Source: Girardia tigrina
Taxonomy: Eukaryota
Length of the DNA: 64,000 bases
Assembly (NCBI GenBank): GCA_001938485.1
Contig: MQRK01224867.1
Coordinates: 1-64,000 of the forward strand
Reading direction: 5' to 3'
This document shows positions 50,346 to 64,000 of this stretch, piece after piece; the first letter of the stretch is position 1; the number at the start of each line of letters is the position of its first letter. A model generated the notes under the pieces. It was not told the DNA's origin, ran no database searches, and worked only from the letters and a program-made list of their open reading frames with translations. The translations under genes were made by a program, and so were the position numbers.

Positions 50346-51039
50346 GTGTTGGGTATTCGAAATAATTTTTGTTAATAACTTTAAACAAACTTTCTAATGT
50401 AAATGTCTGACTCCTTTTTAAATGGTTCTTCCAACTTTGTAATGAATATATAAATTTGATTAACCCTCTCTTGAGGTTTCAATCCAAATGAATCTCGTCG
50501 GAGATTAGTTTCAAAATATTAATAATAGTAAAAACTCAAAGGAATTCTAATTCAAAACTTTATTCAATTGACTCACAATGATCTTTCGGAATAGTACAAT
50601 GTATAAATAACGATGGAGGATTACAAGATATTAATCAGTATATAAAATTATATTGTTAATGTATATGTTTTTTAAGTTAAATATTTTTCTAGTTTTGTAT
50701 TTAACAAAATTGAGGTATTTATACCCGTTTTTTTATTAATATTAAAGTAAATTTAAATAAAAATAAAATTTTTAATTAAATAAATTAATTATTTAAAATT
50801 GAACTTAATTGCCCAGATTATTTTTTGATTATTTTATTTGTTTATTTACCATTGGTTTCTAGGAAAATATTTGTATTTCAAATTAATATATTTCTAAAGA
50901 TTAAAATGTCACATTTCCAACCGCTCCCTATGATGAGCGTAATCGCCCTTTTAGTTTGATGAATAAAATGAGTGAGCAGGAAGGCTCAACTCATTATTTT
51001 TTTGAAATGTAAATTTTAATTATTTTTTTGTGTATATAT

Positions 51040-51700
51040 TAATTTTTTGATATATATATATATATATATATATAATTATTTAATAAATGATAATAATATT
51101 AAAATAATAATTTTAATAATAATATTAATTTAAATAATAATATGATAATAATAAAATAATAATATTAAAACTAATAATAATATAAATAAAAAAATGATAA
51201 TACATATATTAAATTTAATAAAATAGAAAATAAATATTTTTAACATAATGTTTAAATACAAATAATAATAATAAAAATAGTAATGATGATAACAATAAAT
51301 TAATTATCTTTTAAGCCTTTAACGACTTTTGGCGCCCAAATCAGGAGTACCCCCTTAATGAACGGGTCCCTGAGGAAGAAGGAAAAACTCTTTAGAAAGG
51401 AACTAAATAAAAATAATAATAATTGTTTCATATTAATTTTAATAAAATACAATAGTAATAAAAATATAATAATAATGAAATAATAATAATAATAATAGTA
51501 TTAATAAATTAATAATATTAATGGTAATAGAAATTTAAAAAAATATAATAATTATAAAATAAATAATAATAATAAAGTAATAATACTAAAAATAATAATA
51601 ATAAAATAGTAATAATGAAATAATCATAATTTTTATTATACAAATTAAAATATAATAAATAATACTAAAATAATATTACACATTATTCAATAATAATATT
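51040..51700. repeat. Low-complexity (AAT)n-rich tract
   Basis: Directly visible. Confidence 0.85.
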
Positions 51701-54302
51701 TATACATTTTGCATATTATCTCTAATAACTACCCCGAGTCCCTGAGCACTGAGCTCAAACAAAAGAGTAGTTACAGAACTACACATTTTATTTTATTTTT
51801 AAATGTTTATTTTTTTTAATTTATTTTTAGGAGGGTAAGGCGTTTATTTATTTTAAATTTTACAAATATTTTCATTTTCAAAACCTTAACAAAGGCAAGG
51901 GGGCGTGTTATTAATTGTGATAAATTATTAATTCATTTGTTTTAATCGGTTATTTTTCGATGGGGAGTTTGGGTTTAAATAAATACTTGTGACGAATATT
52001 TATTTTTTTCTGATTTATACGACATTAATATATTTATATATAACCCTGAAATTTAAATTTGTTTAAATTTGCAAGATTCTGTAAATGTTATTGATAATTT
52101 AGTGTAGAAAATTAATACTGTTGAAACGAATCGAAAATAATCGAATTTGAAAAAGTAAAGATATTATAAAAACTAGTGTTTAGCTTGAGTTAACTCACAC
52201 TAACAAGTTTAATGACTCCTTCTCTAATGTAGCCCCGTTTACTCAGTTTATTACAACACAACTGTATTATGTTATATATGTAGTTGTATCTGTCCTGTTG
52301 ATCGACTTTTGCAGTTTAAGCTCCTACAAAATCAAAAATATTTAAACAAAATTGTTTTTTTTATTGTTTAAATTTTATATAAAAATTGATTTAATCAATC
52401 AATATTTGTGATCGATCAAGTGATATTCACTTCCGGATGAGCGAGACATAACTAACATTGAATAGAGAAATTTAAATTTTGCTAAAAAACGTTGTGGTCG
52501 ATCTCTGCATGCTGTGGAGGTGAACGTGGGTAATACTTTAATCTGCAGAAATATATTTTACACTTACATTATTAGCGCCATGTTGTTGGAAAACTACTAA
52601 AATCGTAAGCTAAATTTTAAGTCATTTTATATTTGACCTTGTAACATCGAGTTACATAACATTCCACACAAATTAGTGTATATATAATCTATTTGTATTC
52701 AGCTTTGCACTCTTTGTAACCTCGAGCTGACTTATCGTGACCTTGATTTTTATATTGGTTTTGGAATTCTTTCATTATTTTTTTAATGATTTGTATGTAT
52801 TAATAACCTTTGTATGTTACATTTTTATTTATTGTTCCTCTAAATATCTTTTATACTCTAAGTATTCATAGTTCTTATGCAGAATTAAAATTTTTCATTT
52901 TTATAAACTTTTTATGTTATAACTTTGACAATTATCTCGATATTGACTTCGGATATTGATCTAAAACCATTTTTTTTAGAAATGGTTGTGCACCACTACT
53001 GAAAACATAAGGAATGATTTTTAATCAATAGAAATAACCACAGTATGTTACCGCTAAAAAACACATTTCAGGAATTAGTCGCGACAAAAATCATGTATTT
53101 AAAAATATAAAATATTTTAAATGAATTGCAAGGCATACACAAAATAAAGTATATTTTAAAAAAAGTAAAGAAAATCACATATCACTAATTATATTTTTGC
53201 CAAAATCTATTTGCAAGATTGACTGAATTAAATGAAAAATATCAAAATTAAATCAAGAACCACAAACGACAAATATTTTATAATTAATCGATTGATATGT
53301 ATCCTTAGTGTGAAGTGAAAATAAACAAAAAACAATTGTAACGAGACAAGCTGGAGAATATTTCGAATGGAAATGTGTTTGAGTGACTCAAGTCTAATCA
53401 CGAGAATCAAGTAATAGTGCTAAAAGAGTTTATAGTTCAAACAAATTTAAATAACTAATACACGGAAACAACAATAAAGAATCATCGTTTAGAAAAATCA
53501 TATTATATAATTTACAGATTAAAACGGATTTAACTAACTCTAAAAATGATTCCGAAGAAAGAACATTGTTCTCCTATTTTAAACGACTTTCATTAGTAAG
53601 ATATGGTACACAAATAATTAATGAATTTCCATCATGTTAATAAAAGCGTCTTTTTTGCAAATAGCAAATATAACATGACGCAATCGGCTAACAAAACTAA
53701 ACTAACATTAACCAAACCTCATCTACTTTTCATTAAAAATGATTAGTGCAATGAAAACTAGTAACATTGAACTGAGCTATTTTTGTATTCAAAAATACTA
53801 AACCGACTAAACGATAAATCGAAAAAAAACATTTAAGTGACATAAGGAACATTTTTTGGCAGATAGAGAACTAAAATAAATCAACAATATTAAAAATCTT
53901 TTACAAAATTTAAAATACCACAAAATATTAAATGAATCAATATTATCGCACAAAATTAAAGAATCGATAAAATCTTTCATTAAAATATAAGTGTATGTTT
54001 AAATAGAAGTTTTAATTAAAATAATTGTATCGTATTTTAATAAATGTCAAATAAGTGCTACAAATAAAACGATAAATTATTTTACTACAAATAGAAATTA
54101 TTAATTTGAATTAAACTATAGTACAACTTCTTAGACAAAATTCATTTATGATCTTTTAAAAACTGGAGTGTACATTAAAAAATTATTTATGACACACGGT
54201 TTATGTCAAACAAAACCAGGTACGAGTAAATAAAATGTGATTTTTCTATTCGATTCTTCCTGAGATTACTTCCAAAACTGACTTCGGTGTAGTGAAAATT
54301 AC

Positions 54303-54371
54303 CTTAGAAACCGATGCAGTCATCACACCAGGCGGCATGACAAACAATTTATCTCTCAATGTTAAAATGAC
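54303..54371 (-). CDS. Candidate upstream G-alpha exon VILTLRDKLFVMPPGVMTASVSK
   Basis: AG/GTAATT flanks, phase 0-0, GC island. Only weak resemblance to YFLDNLDKL. Confidence 0.3.
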
Positions 54372-54687
54372 CTTTCAAACAAATTTCGTATAACCTGTGA
54401 ACAATCGGTGTATTATGGAATATCTTGTTAATTACTTTTATCAATGACTTGCTTAAAGCACGAATTGTATATGTCCTTTTGAAAGAACAGTATTTTTATA
54501 TGGATTTCAATTTCCAGAAATAAAAAACTTCGACTTCAGAAATAAACAAAATTTATATAAATATCAGAATGAATTAAGTTAGTTAAATTTTATTCGAAAT
54601 AGAAAAATACATTCATATATAATGAATACTAATGTATAATGAATAATAAAAATATTTTAATATTAAACAAATATTCCTTGAAAAAAT

Positions 54688-55121
54688 ATATATTATAAAA
54701 GCCCAAGTCACTCACTGCTTCACTAACGCTGACGTAGTTACTAAGAATAGATTTTATTGATTATTCACTGTAGTGAGTGTTTTATTAGAATCTAGACATT
54801 NNNNNNNNNNNNNNNNNNNNNNNNNNNNNNNNNNNNNNNNNNNNNNNNNNNNNNNNNNNNNNNNNNNNNNNNNNNNNNNNNNNNNNNNNNNNNNNNNNNN
54901 NNNNNNNNNNNNNNNNNNNNNNNNNNNNNNNNNNNNNNNNNNNNNNNNNNNNNNNNNNNNNTTTATTAATATACAATCATTTCTTTATTGATTATAAAAT
55001 CATTTCAAAAATTTACCTTACAGCGTTAGTGAGGCAGGCAGTGAGTGACTTGGGCTTTTATAATATAAAAAAAATTGAACGCCCGGCAAGAGAGGGCCGC
55101 GAAGCGGGCCGAGCGCGCTAG
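54688..55121 (+). mobile_element. Non-autonomous Helitron-like element with internal foldback (spans a gap)
   Basis: 3' GC hairpin CCGC-GAA-GCGG followed by CTAG|T. ~45-bp inverted repeats TATTATAAAAGCCCAAGTCACTCACTGC... at ~54690 and ~55021-55066. Confidence 0.6.
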
Positions 55122-55299
55122 TTTTAATATATTTCCACAATTTAATTGAACCAAATTAAAAATGTACATGAAAACATTTCAAAATGTATACTTATTACGT
55201 AGCAAACAAATACATTTAAATAAATGGTAAGGCCTAAAAGTTATTAATTATTTCCAAATGTACATGTTTAATAGAACATGATCCTGTCGTGGTACATGT

Positions 55300-55941
55300 G
55301 AAAATTGTCATTAAGCGATGAAGATTACACCTAGAGCTGCAATGAAACTGAAGTATGCTGCCAGAAGAAATCCATTTCTGTCATCATAAGAACTGCCATA
55401 TGAACATGACACCTCAGGTGGTATTGTAGTGACTGTCAAGACTATAAGGAACTGCTTAAAATCTATGAAATTGAAAATTTTTGTTGCAAAACAAAAGCCT
55501 TATTGGATTGCCTTTCAAAGGGCTAGACGAGTGAAGTGGGCCAAGTCCCATTTGTCTGAGTCTCTAGCTTTTTGGAAAACTGTTGTTTTTACTGATGAAA
55601 TACATATATCTCTATTTAATAAAGGAAAGAGAAACAAGGTCAGAGCTCACTGTCCCAGAACAATTTCATAATTGATAACCACCAGTACTAATGTAAAGAA
55701 TAATGAAATAACACTGCAATACTGCCAGAGTTTGATATGCTCAATGCCAAGGAGACTGAAGTCTGTCATCCACGACATGGGATTTCCCACAAAATATTGA
55801 CTTGCATGCAATGCAGACATGTTCCTGTCCCTCTACTATTGCTATTCGGCCTTCATTGTTACTGCATTTAATATTTTTCCATTCATTATTATGGAAATAC
55901 ATGTTTTCCACCTGGTGTCTTTAATTCAATTTCCCCCACTG
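55300..55941 (+). mobile_element. Internally deleted Tc1-like transposon, one TIR end (CACTG|TA)
   Basis: TIRNCL...KPY...RVKWAK...WKTVVFTDE and SMPRRLKSVI...PTKY*. Confidence 0.8.
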
Positions 55942-57134
55942 TACATATTTTATCTTAAATACCTATCTTTAACAATATCTTACAGACTTAAAGGTTAGTA
56001 TTCCAATATTTTACCTTTAACTGTTATCAAAGTGTTCTGATAATAAATCGAACGCATCATAAGTTGGATAATGTCTTGCATCATCATGCATAAACCAATA
56101 ATTCTTGTTTTTTTTCTGACGCAGAAGGATACATGATGATTTTATCATTTAATATATTGATGATCGGAGAACAAATCTTTGAAAACAAGATATTTGTATC
56201 AGCATCCAATAATAGACAAAATTAGTGAAGACCCCTAGATTCAATTGCTGATAGATATAAGTTTCAGAACTTCAGTCATACTCCTTACAGTCCCGGTCTC
56301 GCACCAAGAAACCTTTACTTTTTCCAACATATTAAAAGGATTTTGTGAAATCAAGATAAACTGAGGGAGAATGTACATAATTTCTTATACAAATAAGATT
56401 ATGGTATTTGAATTTTGCAAAAAATTCAGTTTAATTCGTCTTTTTTACAAATTCAGGCTTGGTACTGTTATTTCAATCATATAAACATACAGGGGTTCAA
56501 GCGATCTCCACATATTCCAAATCCGATATTAATTGATGACTTGTGCGCGAATTTCAAGTCGAAATTTCACAAAAAAATGATTTTAAAACAAAAGATGAAT
56601 TCATACAATATGTGGTGCATGTGTGGTATTCTGATCTTATTATAAGAACCACGCAAGTCATTGATTGAAAGTATGTAAAGAAAAATCAAAGATTGTATAG
56701 TTGCTAGAACTGGCGTTTAAAAGTTATTATAACACACCTTAGTTTATTTTTTTACAGTTACCCCTCTTACCAATGTTGTATTTATTCTGTTATATGAATG
56801 TATATTTATATTGTAGTTAATATATAACTATTATTCAAGTAACATTAATCACTACATCCAATTCACGATGACTGCTAATAACTGTTATGTACCTGTTAAT
56901 GTAAACATTGTATACATATTGTACTATACATGAGTGTAAACAACAAATCAATACATGAATAACAATCAAGTAAGATAAATCCAATAAGACAAAACGTATA
57001 ATACATTATTGTTAATTTATAAAATGAAATAGCATGGTATAATTTACGAAATCAAATTGTATCTTTTTAATAAAAAATAAAAACTACTGCGGACAAATGG
57101 AAAGAGACTCAGATTTGATTTGAGAAAAAAAATA

Positions 57135-57215
57135 CTCCCTCTGTCCGAAAATAAGAGTCCCATTTCATATGGGAATCCCATTAGAAATTGGACTCTTATT
57201 TTCGGAAAGATGGAA
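57135..57215. mobile_element. 81-bp hairpin MITE with Stowaway-type TIR and TA flanks
   Basis: TA-CTCCCTCTGTCCGAAAATAAGAGTCC ... GGACTCTTATTTTCGGAAAGATGGAA-TA. Confidence 0.75.
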
Positions 57216-58599
57216 TATTAAATATACTATTTGTTATTTACACAACTTTTTGAACTAAAAAAATATAAAGTAAAACTACTACTACTACTACTATTAGTCG
57301 TTATAATCATTATACTGTACATTTGTTATGTAAATGGACAACATGAGTTTAGGAGACTATTGGAGCAGCAAATAATGACAATATTTAAACATGTATTTTT
57401 TAACTTAATCTTATACATTTATATACATATGCATTTAGTTTTAATATTTATTAAAATGAAAAGAATCCGTAAGATTCACATTCCTGTATTAGAGTAAATA
57501 AGAAATAATTAAGAAATTCGGTGAATATAAAGTTGTTTAAATATCCTTGTTATCATTCTTATTTTGTTGAAAATTAGATGTTTTCGATTGAATAAATTTG
57601 AACCAATGTAACATTCCATTTTATGAAAATTTGTATTTTAACTCATAACTTGATTCAAAGTCAATAGTAATGAAATTTCTAATGAACTCTCTCCGTTAGA
57701 AATCAACAGCAATCATACTGAAACTGGGTACAACACCTTCATAGATTAGTAATTCCTGGAAAGTATTTAAAATTCCTATTTTGTTTAACATGTCTTTAAG
57801 TGTAAAATTAAATATTATTAATGTTTCATTATTAACAAATCATACTCTGATGAGACCGAAGATATTTTCGTAATTTTATTGAATATGCGAAGACAGTATA
57901 CTGAACTGTACAGTTTAGTTGCGCTCCAATTAAAGATCAATATGATTCGGCTTGTTGAGTTAAATTGTAAGTCAGATAACTTGAATGATCTTATGAGTAG
58001 AAAATAGATAGGAATCACATTTTGTATTTGTAAACACGTGTTTAGTAACGTATTTTATATTTAATGAGTTAATAAAGCACTTCAATTTTTTACAAATTCA
58101 AAATCAATCAAATTCTTAATTTTTTGAATACTTGTATTTACATTTTATAAATATTTATCAAAATCATGACGGTCTCAATCTGCCAAATATTATGTGAACA
58201 ACAAATACAAATCATTGATTAATTACTTACCCGATTTAAAAGCAGCAATTGAACACTATTATATATATACATTTATACATAGAAATATGAGATGTAGTAT
58301 GTTGATAATAAGTTATAATAATTTATCATATTATAAAAATTAAAATGATGTTGTGTCTCTGTAAATTAGATGCTATAATGATGATTCCTCGGATTTCAGT
58401 TGTGTATTGAGTCAAATATGTTCCTCTATTTTAACAATAAGAACACTTGGATTTATTTTTAAATATACAATATCAACAATATTCACCATACAACTTATAA
58501 AATGATAAAATGAGAGGGTACAGAACAACTCGGCACCAGGATATATAAAATTTAAAATTGTTTTGAAAAAAATGAGAACAATGTTTATATGACAAATTT

Positions 58600-59680
58600 T
58601 ACTAAACTCAAAAATTATTTAGTTCATATGAACATTATGAGACATGCCATGCAAAAACTTGAGCATTTTCTCCCGTTTATGGTTTCTTATTTTATTGAGA
58701 ATAGGCTCGTCTGCTTCCTCATATCATCGTCGTTTCCGTGGGGCTTCATATCTGGCGATGAAACGTTCGTAATCTGCGACAAATGTCTTTTGCATGTTTT
58801 TTTAAGTGAATAATAAATTTTCATATTACTGGATGACTGATACCATATCCTTGCTGTAATTTTCTAAGGTAACCTTCAGCAAAAATATTGGTTCTATCAT
58901 ACTGAATTAAGGTACGCTGATAAACCGACCAAACTTTAAATGAAAAGAGTTGAAGTGAAAAATATGTTTTGGTAAAACAACTTATGACTGGGTCTAATTC
59001 TGGAGGTAGATAGTTATCAAGAACTGAATCTAAAGCAATTGACGTCATCATACGAGCTTTTAATGCAAAATGTGCATCAATATTATAACGGTTGAAAAGC
59101 TGAAATTCAGAAAGATCTTTGCGGAGATTTTGAATGAGATGAAAGAAACAAACCCTTATGTTAACACCAGGGAATTTGGTACGTAAAGTCTGATATACAC
59201 CAATTTCAAAATCCATATTTACTGTATCTAGATTAAAATGTTGCCATATATTTTTAATCATCCGGAATTTGATTAAATAAAGGTAGAGTGAGCAAAAACG
59301 AACCATTATAATTTTAAAAAAATTGTAGGAATAACTAATTCCTGTCTTGTTTCAATGTATTGGTATACCTTTATTGGCACGAGTTCCGATTATCAATTTT
59401 CTCATTGTATCTCGTGATGGAAATTTACTTAAAACACCATCTGAAATTTTTTTGGCAACTGAAATTCTTATTTCTTTAGGCTTTTCTATTGTTTCGTTCT
59501 GCAGCACAACCGGTATTACTACACGTATGTTGAACACGTACGGAATGGAAACAAGTGTAAAAAGTATAGTGCTAGTTGTCCGGTGCCGAATTGTCCGTTT
59601 CCAAAATGAGAACCCTTTGGCAACATAAAACCGATATTTACAATTATCCAGTTTCATATTGAACAATTCAGTGTAAATAC
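58600..59680 (-). pseudogene. Decayed MULE transposase
   Basis: MDFEIG...FPGVNIRVCFFHLIQNL...WSVYQRT...RTNIFAEG. Confidence 0.85.
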
Positions 59681-61599
59681 AGGTAAAAATCCTCTTTTGT
59701 GTAAAAATAGTTGAAAACTAAAGACATTCCCATATAACACAGAAGATAATCTAATACAAATCTTTCACTTTTTACTAAAATGATTTGTATAGTCCTCCTC
59801 CACATTATTTAATTATTCTTCGATGTAAAAAGATATGATAAAAATAAAATTCTTCTTGCAAGATATTGTAAGAACTCTTTACGCTATTACACTTCTAACG
59901 TGAATTATTTCAGGACAAATCAAATAATTTATTTTTAAATAAAAATCCGATTTTATAAAGCAACTTAAAAGACAATTTACCGTCAATATTTCTTTGATTC
60001 TCTTTTTCATTGTATTATTTATTAATGAAAAAAGAGCGAAATTCATTTAATTATTTGTATTTGATAGAATTAAAAAAGGATTACTTTTGAAATTAAAAAA
60101 CAAAAAGAAAAAATTTCAAATGAAAGAAAATTTTATTAAATTTTATAAATAGATCTTTGCACCATTATAAATAAATAAGCTTGAAGTCTCTTATGTTGTA
60201 AAGCGTTTTTATGTGTTATATATTACACATAAAAACGACATCTGTCTAAATATTTATTTCTCAAAACATGTTTCACAAGTTTTGGCATCATCAGTTGACT
60301 AATTGAAAATTTCAAATTCAAGTCATTTATATAGCGACAGACTATTACGCAACATCACTTAATTTTCAGGTTTTTTTTGTAATTTAAAATTATTAAAAAT
60401 TACAAATTAACTTTGAACATTTAAGCATGGATTACGGTTAAGAAACAGAATATGTACCAGAACGTTCTGAGATCACATTGATTCAGAAACAAGTTATATC
60501 AATATTTTGAATAACTTCAGTCGAATCGGTGTTATCAATTAATTTTTAATCAAAAAATGATACTAATTTTCATAGAAAACCAAAAACAGAAATCGTTGAA
60601 TCAAAATACGAGAAGAAATACAGTTAAAGTTCTCAATATTGTTCCAAAATATCAATGGTTTATGATAATCAACTGACTTATTGTTGATTTGATTTGATCA
60701 TTTTTTAGAATTTCTCGTGTCTATTTATTGTTGGATCATGTGAGGTTTTTATTTAATTTATATCCGATCATTCAAATAAAGAATACAATAAAAAATGAAT
60801 AGATTATTAAAAAAACCGCAATGTAATTATTTTGATATGAAAGTTTACGTTGTGGTATTTTGTAGAGAAAGTGGAATGAAATGAATGAATGGCAAAAATC
60901 GGACAAAAATTGATTTGCTTCAGTTTATTTTCTAAAATTAAAGATAAACATTGTAAAATTTGAATTTCTCAATTTCATGAAATAAAACTTCGAAATTGCT
61001 TAAATTTTTTAATAGCTTTTCCAATGATGAAACAAGAGGTGATTGGTATTGCACTATGTCCGATACTCACCTTAAGATGGGTTTCAAACTGGTAAATTCT
61101 ACAAAAAATGATGACAAATGGGTTTGGAGAACATGAATCAATTTTTGATTCTTGGATTTCGTCGGTCAAAGAATGAAAGAATGTTAATGTTGCAATTATA
61201 AAATCTAAAGTGGTTAGTGGACTACAAACATCGATTTCATTTGAAAATGGTGAAATCGTTTATCTTGCTGATGTTAAATCATGCAGTGTGAACTCAGATG
61301 TTTGGCGAGCTGGACATTCTTGTTAAGATTCCAGAAACCGTTTAAACAGTAAAAATATAACTGTTTCAGTTGATGAAAAACATATCACTGTATCCCACGG
61401 AAACCGGATGGAATCAAGCATAGTTCTGTCTGGAGAGCTATGCTTGAAGATCCGGAAGAACGAGATGTTTGAGTCATTCGATCGGGAAATACCAAGGAGT
61501 GATGTTTAACTCAATCAGATCTCTGTCAAAACTGACATTCACGAGAAGAATCGCAGTGTCTATCAAATGCCGAATGAGAGTGGATCTAGGATAATGCTA

Positions 61600-61990
61600 C
61601 GTGCTGCTCGTTTTGATGTTCAGTTTTTCCATACAAGTTCGGTCAACATCATCATGGTCTAGAATACCTTCATCTCATTTTCAATCACATTCATTAATTT
61701 CGCCTTTTTTGTTCGATCCTTTATCGGTAAAACTATTGAATGTGATTAGTATCTTCAACGATAATTTTCAATATTTCTTCGTTGAAGACATTTTCAAACT
61801 ATCCCGTCGGCTTATTTATTTCTATAACGATGTTTCCATCCCTGGATTACCATTAAAGTCAAATTTATTAAGATAAAATTGCACATATTATCATATAAAG
61901 TTGTTCGGTAATGTAATCTTCCCCATCACTTGATGAATGAATTGCAGTATCTTTTCTTGATAAAGAAATGTTAGAAAGATTGTCTGAAGG
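61600..61990 (-). pseudogene. Possible piggyBac transposase N-terminal fragment
   Basis: FDFNGNPG...FENVFNEEILKIIVEDTN...ENEMKVF. Confidence 0.55.
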
Positions 61991-62879
61991 CGTCATTGAC
62001 TAATTGAGAGGATAAATTGACAACAATGAAAAATAGAATTTTGCACTAAAAGCAGAACTTTATTCAAAAAATAACAACTACGGTATAAAAAATAAAGATT
62101 TTGTGTAAATAACAGTAAAGAAAGCATGATTTAAATTGAAATTAATAAAATAGGCACATTAATTTTAAATGCAAATTTTTTATTCTAAGCAAATAATCTG
62201 AAAAATATGGACAGAACATAAATATTTGCCGCCGATATCGAAATGGTTAATTTTTACTCGTTAAACTCGTAATAATTTATTCATATAATATAATCAACAG
62301 AAACAATTACCTTGACACCAATTTTATCTAATTTGTTCAAATAATATCGCGAATTTTCACTCTGAAACAAAAAATTGACATGAATTTTTCAATCTTTCTG
62401 TTTTGGTGACTAAACTTGTAAGGGAAAAATAATGAAAGAAATTCGAAATTGTTTAATACTTGGTGTGTCGCAAAAGTCTTAGGCATTTTATCCTAGAAAC
62501 CCGAAGTGATATTTCAAAGCAGAAATCGTTTACTTTTATTTATAAAGGTGGAAACCCTTTAAATACTGAAATATATCTGAAAGAGCCTCATATCGATGAA
62601 ATTCTAGATAAACATAATCACATAGATGTTCAAAACTAATATTCACAATGGCCCTTAAATCGTTGCAATTAAGTGATATATAAGTGATGTCTTTCTGTCA
62701 AACTACCTTATATGATGCGTATTTCTAAAAACTCTGATTCATCGAAAAGTGCTGATTATCCGTTAAATATGAACATAATTGTATGTTACTAGGGTGATTC
62801 AAAAGTTTTTTCATTCTTCTATGCCTTACATTTTGACAGTTTGCATCACGAATCTCCTTGTATATTGTTTGTTTATTCT

Positions 62880-63800
62880 TATCAGATTATGGAGAGCGAA
62901 AAATACGGAATTCGAGTCCTGGTTTATTATCACATGAGCTTCAGTCGGTATATGAGAGCATATCAGCAGAAATTAAAGGATACGAAGCTCGACTGCGAAA
63001 GACTTTTCAGAAGAAAAGTACGTTAATGAAGATTTGGAAGAGGCGATAAACTTCGAAAGGTCAGAAAAATCTGCCGAGGAATATTTTACAAAAGCAAGGA
63101 AGCTAGCGGAAAAACTTGCAAAACAAAAATGGACATTGGAAGAAATTGAAAGATGCCTTCCGATTCACGGGTCAAAAGAAAGTGACATAAAGGAGATCAG
63201 ATTCAGAGAAATGAAAGAAATAACAGAGGTAAAGGACGTCATTAAGAAAGTAGACGAAGTCCGGAAAATGGAAAAGCCGGTGCACGCAATATGACCAACA
63301 TATAGAGATGCGGTCAAGAAACATGACGAGGAAATGAGATTCCTTCGAAAGACGATCTCCTATGCAGAACAACATCACATGTTGGAACTGTAAAGAAGTG
63401 AGACATAAAAGTAATGAATGTAAAAGACAGAGGAAAATCACATGCTCTACATGTAGAGAAGAAGGTCATATGCGATGCGGATGCAGGAAAGTAAGATGTG
63501 GAAGGTGTAACAATTTATGACATACATGTAGAGCTGAGGAATGTTACAAATTTGAGCAAAGGATATCAAGGGAGAACAGATTATCTAAGAAGAATTCTAA
63601 GAGTCAAAATTTACCAGATGGACAAAAGAGAATTGCAGGAAACCGGAACTCGGATGAATATCGAAGAGGGCTAGAAAGAGGCAGACAGATTGTGATGATG
63701 GAGAAAGAAGAGCTCGAGACACTAGAAAAAAACGAATCCTATCAAGGTGACGAGGAACCGATATTGGCAATGGTATTTTAGAAATAAATATTTTGAGTTA
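62880..63800 (+). pseudogene. Decayed gypsy gag, related to the gag at 30918-31907
   Basis: VYESI...YEARLRKTF, SAEEYF, and knuckles CWNCKEVRHKSNEC and CSTCREEGH. Confidence 0.75.
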
Positions 63801-64000
63801 TCAATTCCATTCTTGACCACGAACCCAACAAAACATCAATATAAGGTCTCGACAACATATTCCCATGAAAGGTTAACATATTCTTGTCTACGAAGTTCAA
63901 CTGACCACAAACAGCAAAGAGTGTTCGTAGAATGAAATATGGAACAACAAGAAATGACTTATGATTTTTCTAGAGAAAACTATTCTTCAGTGATAAGCTT

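Noticed and set aside
60900-61590. Coding-like segment
   Set aside because: Multiple stops and no family I can identify with confidence.

Overview
Very AT-rich, gapped eukaryotic genomic DNA dominated by decayed transposons. The element repertoire and the divergent genes suggest a free-living flatworm (planarian); this is an inference, not proven. Two host genes can be reconstructed by eye. A CDC14 dual-specificity phosphatase lies on + (7 exons, 4445-39415, phase-compatible GT-AG junctions, TE-filled introns up to 12.5 kb). The 3' exon of a convergent G-alpha 12/13-like gene lies on -. The rest is Ty3/gypsy elements, solo LTRs, mariner, Tigger/pogo, hAT, MULE, Tc1, piggyBac, Helitron-like and Penelope remnants, and MITEs. 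Highlight 1: a complete Ty3/gypsy element in a CDC14 intron (25568-32119, paired LTRs, ACGAC TSD) carries, between gag and protease, an intronless in-frame chimeric host ORF (Rab24 N-terminal half fused to the BIG1/ARFGEF N-terminus). Highlight 2: a solo-LTR family in which most copies end TG...TA instead of TG...CA, and whose 3' end encodes a Cys-rich peptide ending Leu/Val-Asn. The CA/TA difference is synonymous, and the terminal A could form the gag ATG with the PBS, as it does in the intact element. Highlight 3: a minimal hammerhead ribozyme downstream of a Penelope GIY-YIG remnant. Highlight 4: a Stowaway-like MITE of the kind typical of plants.
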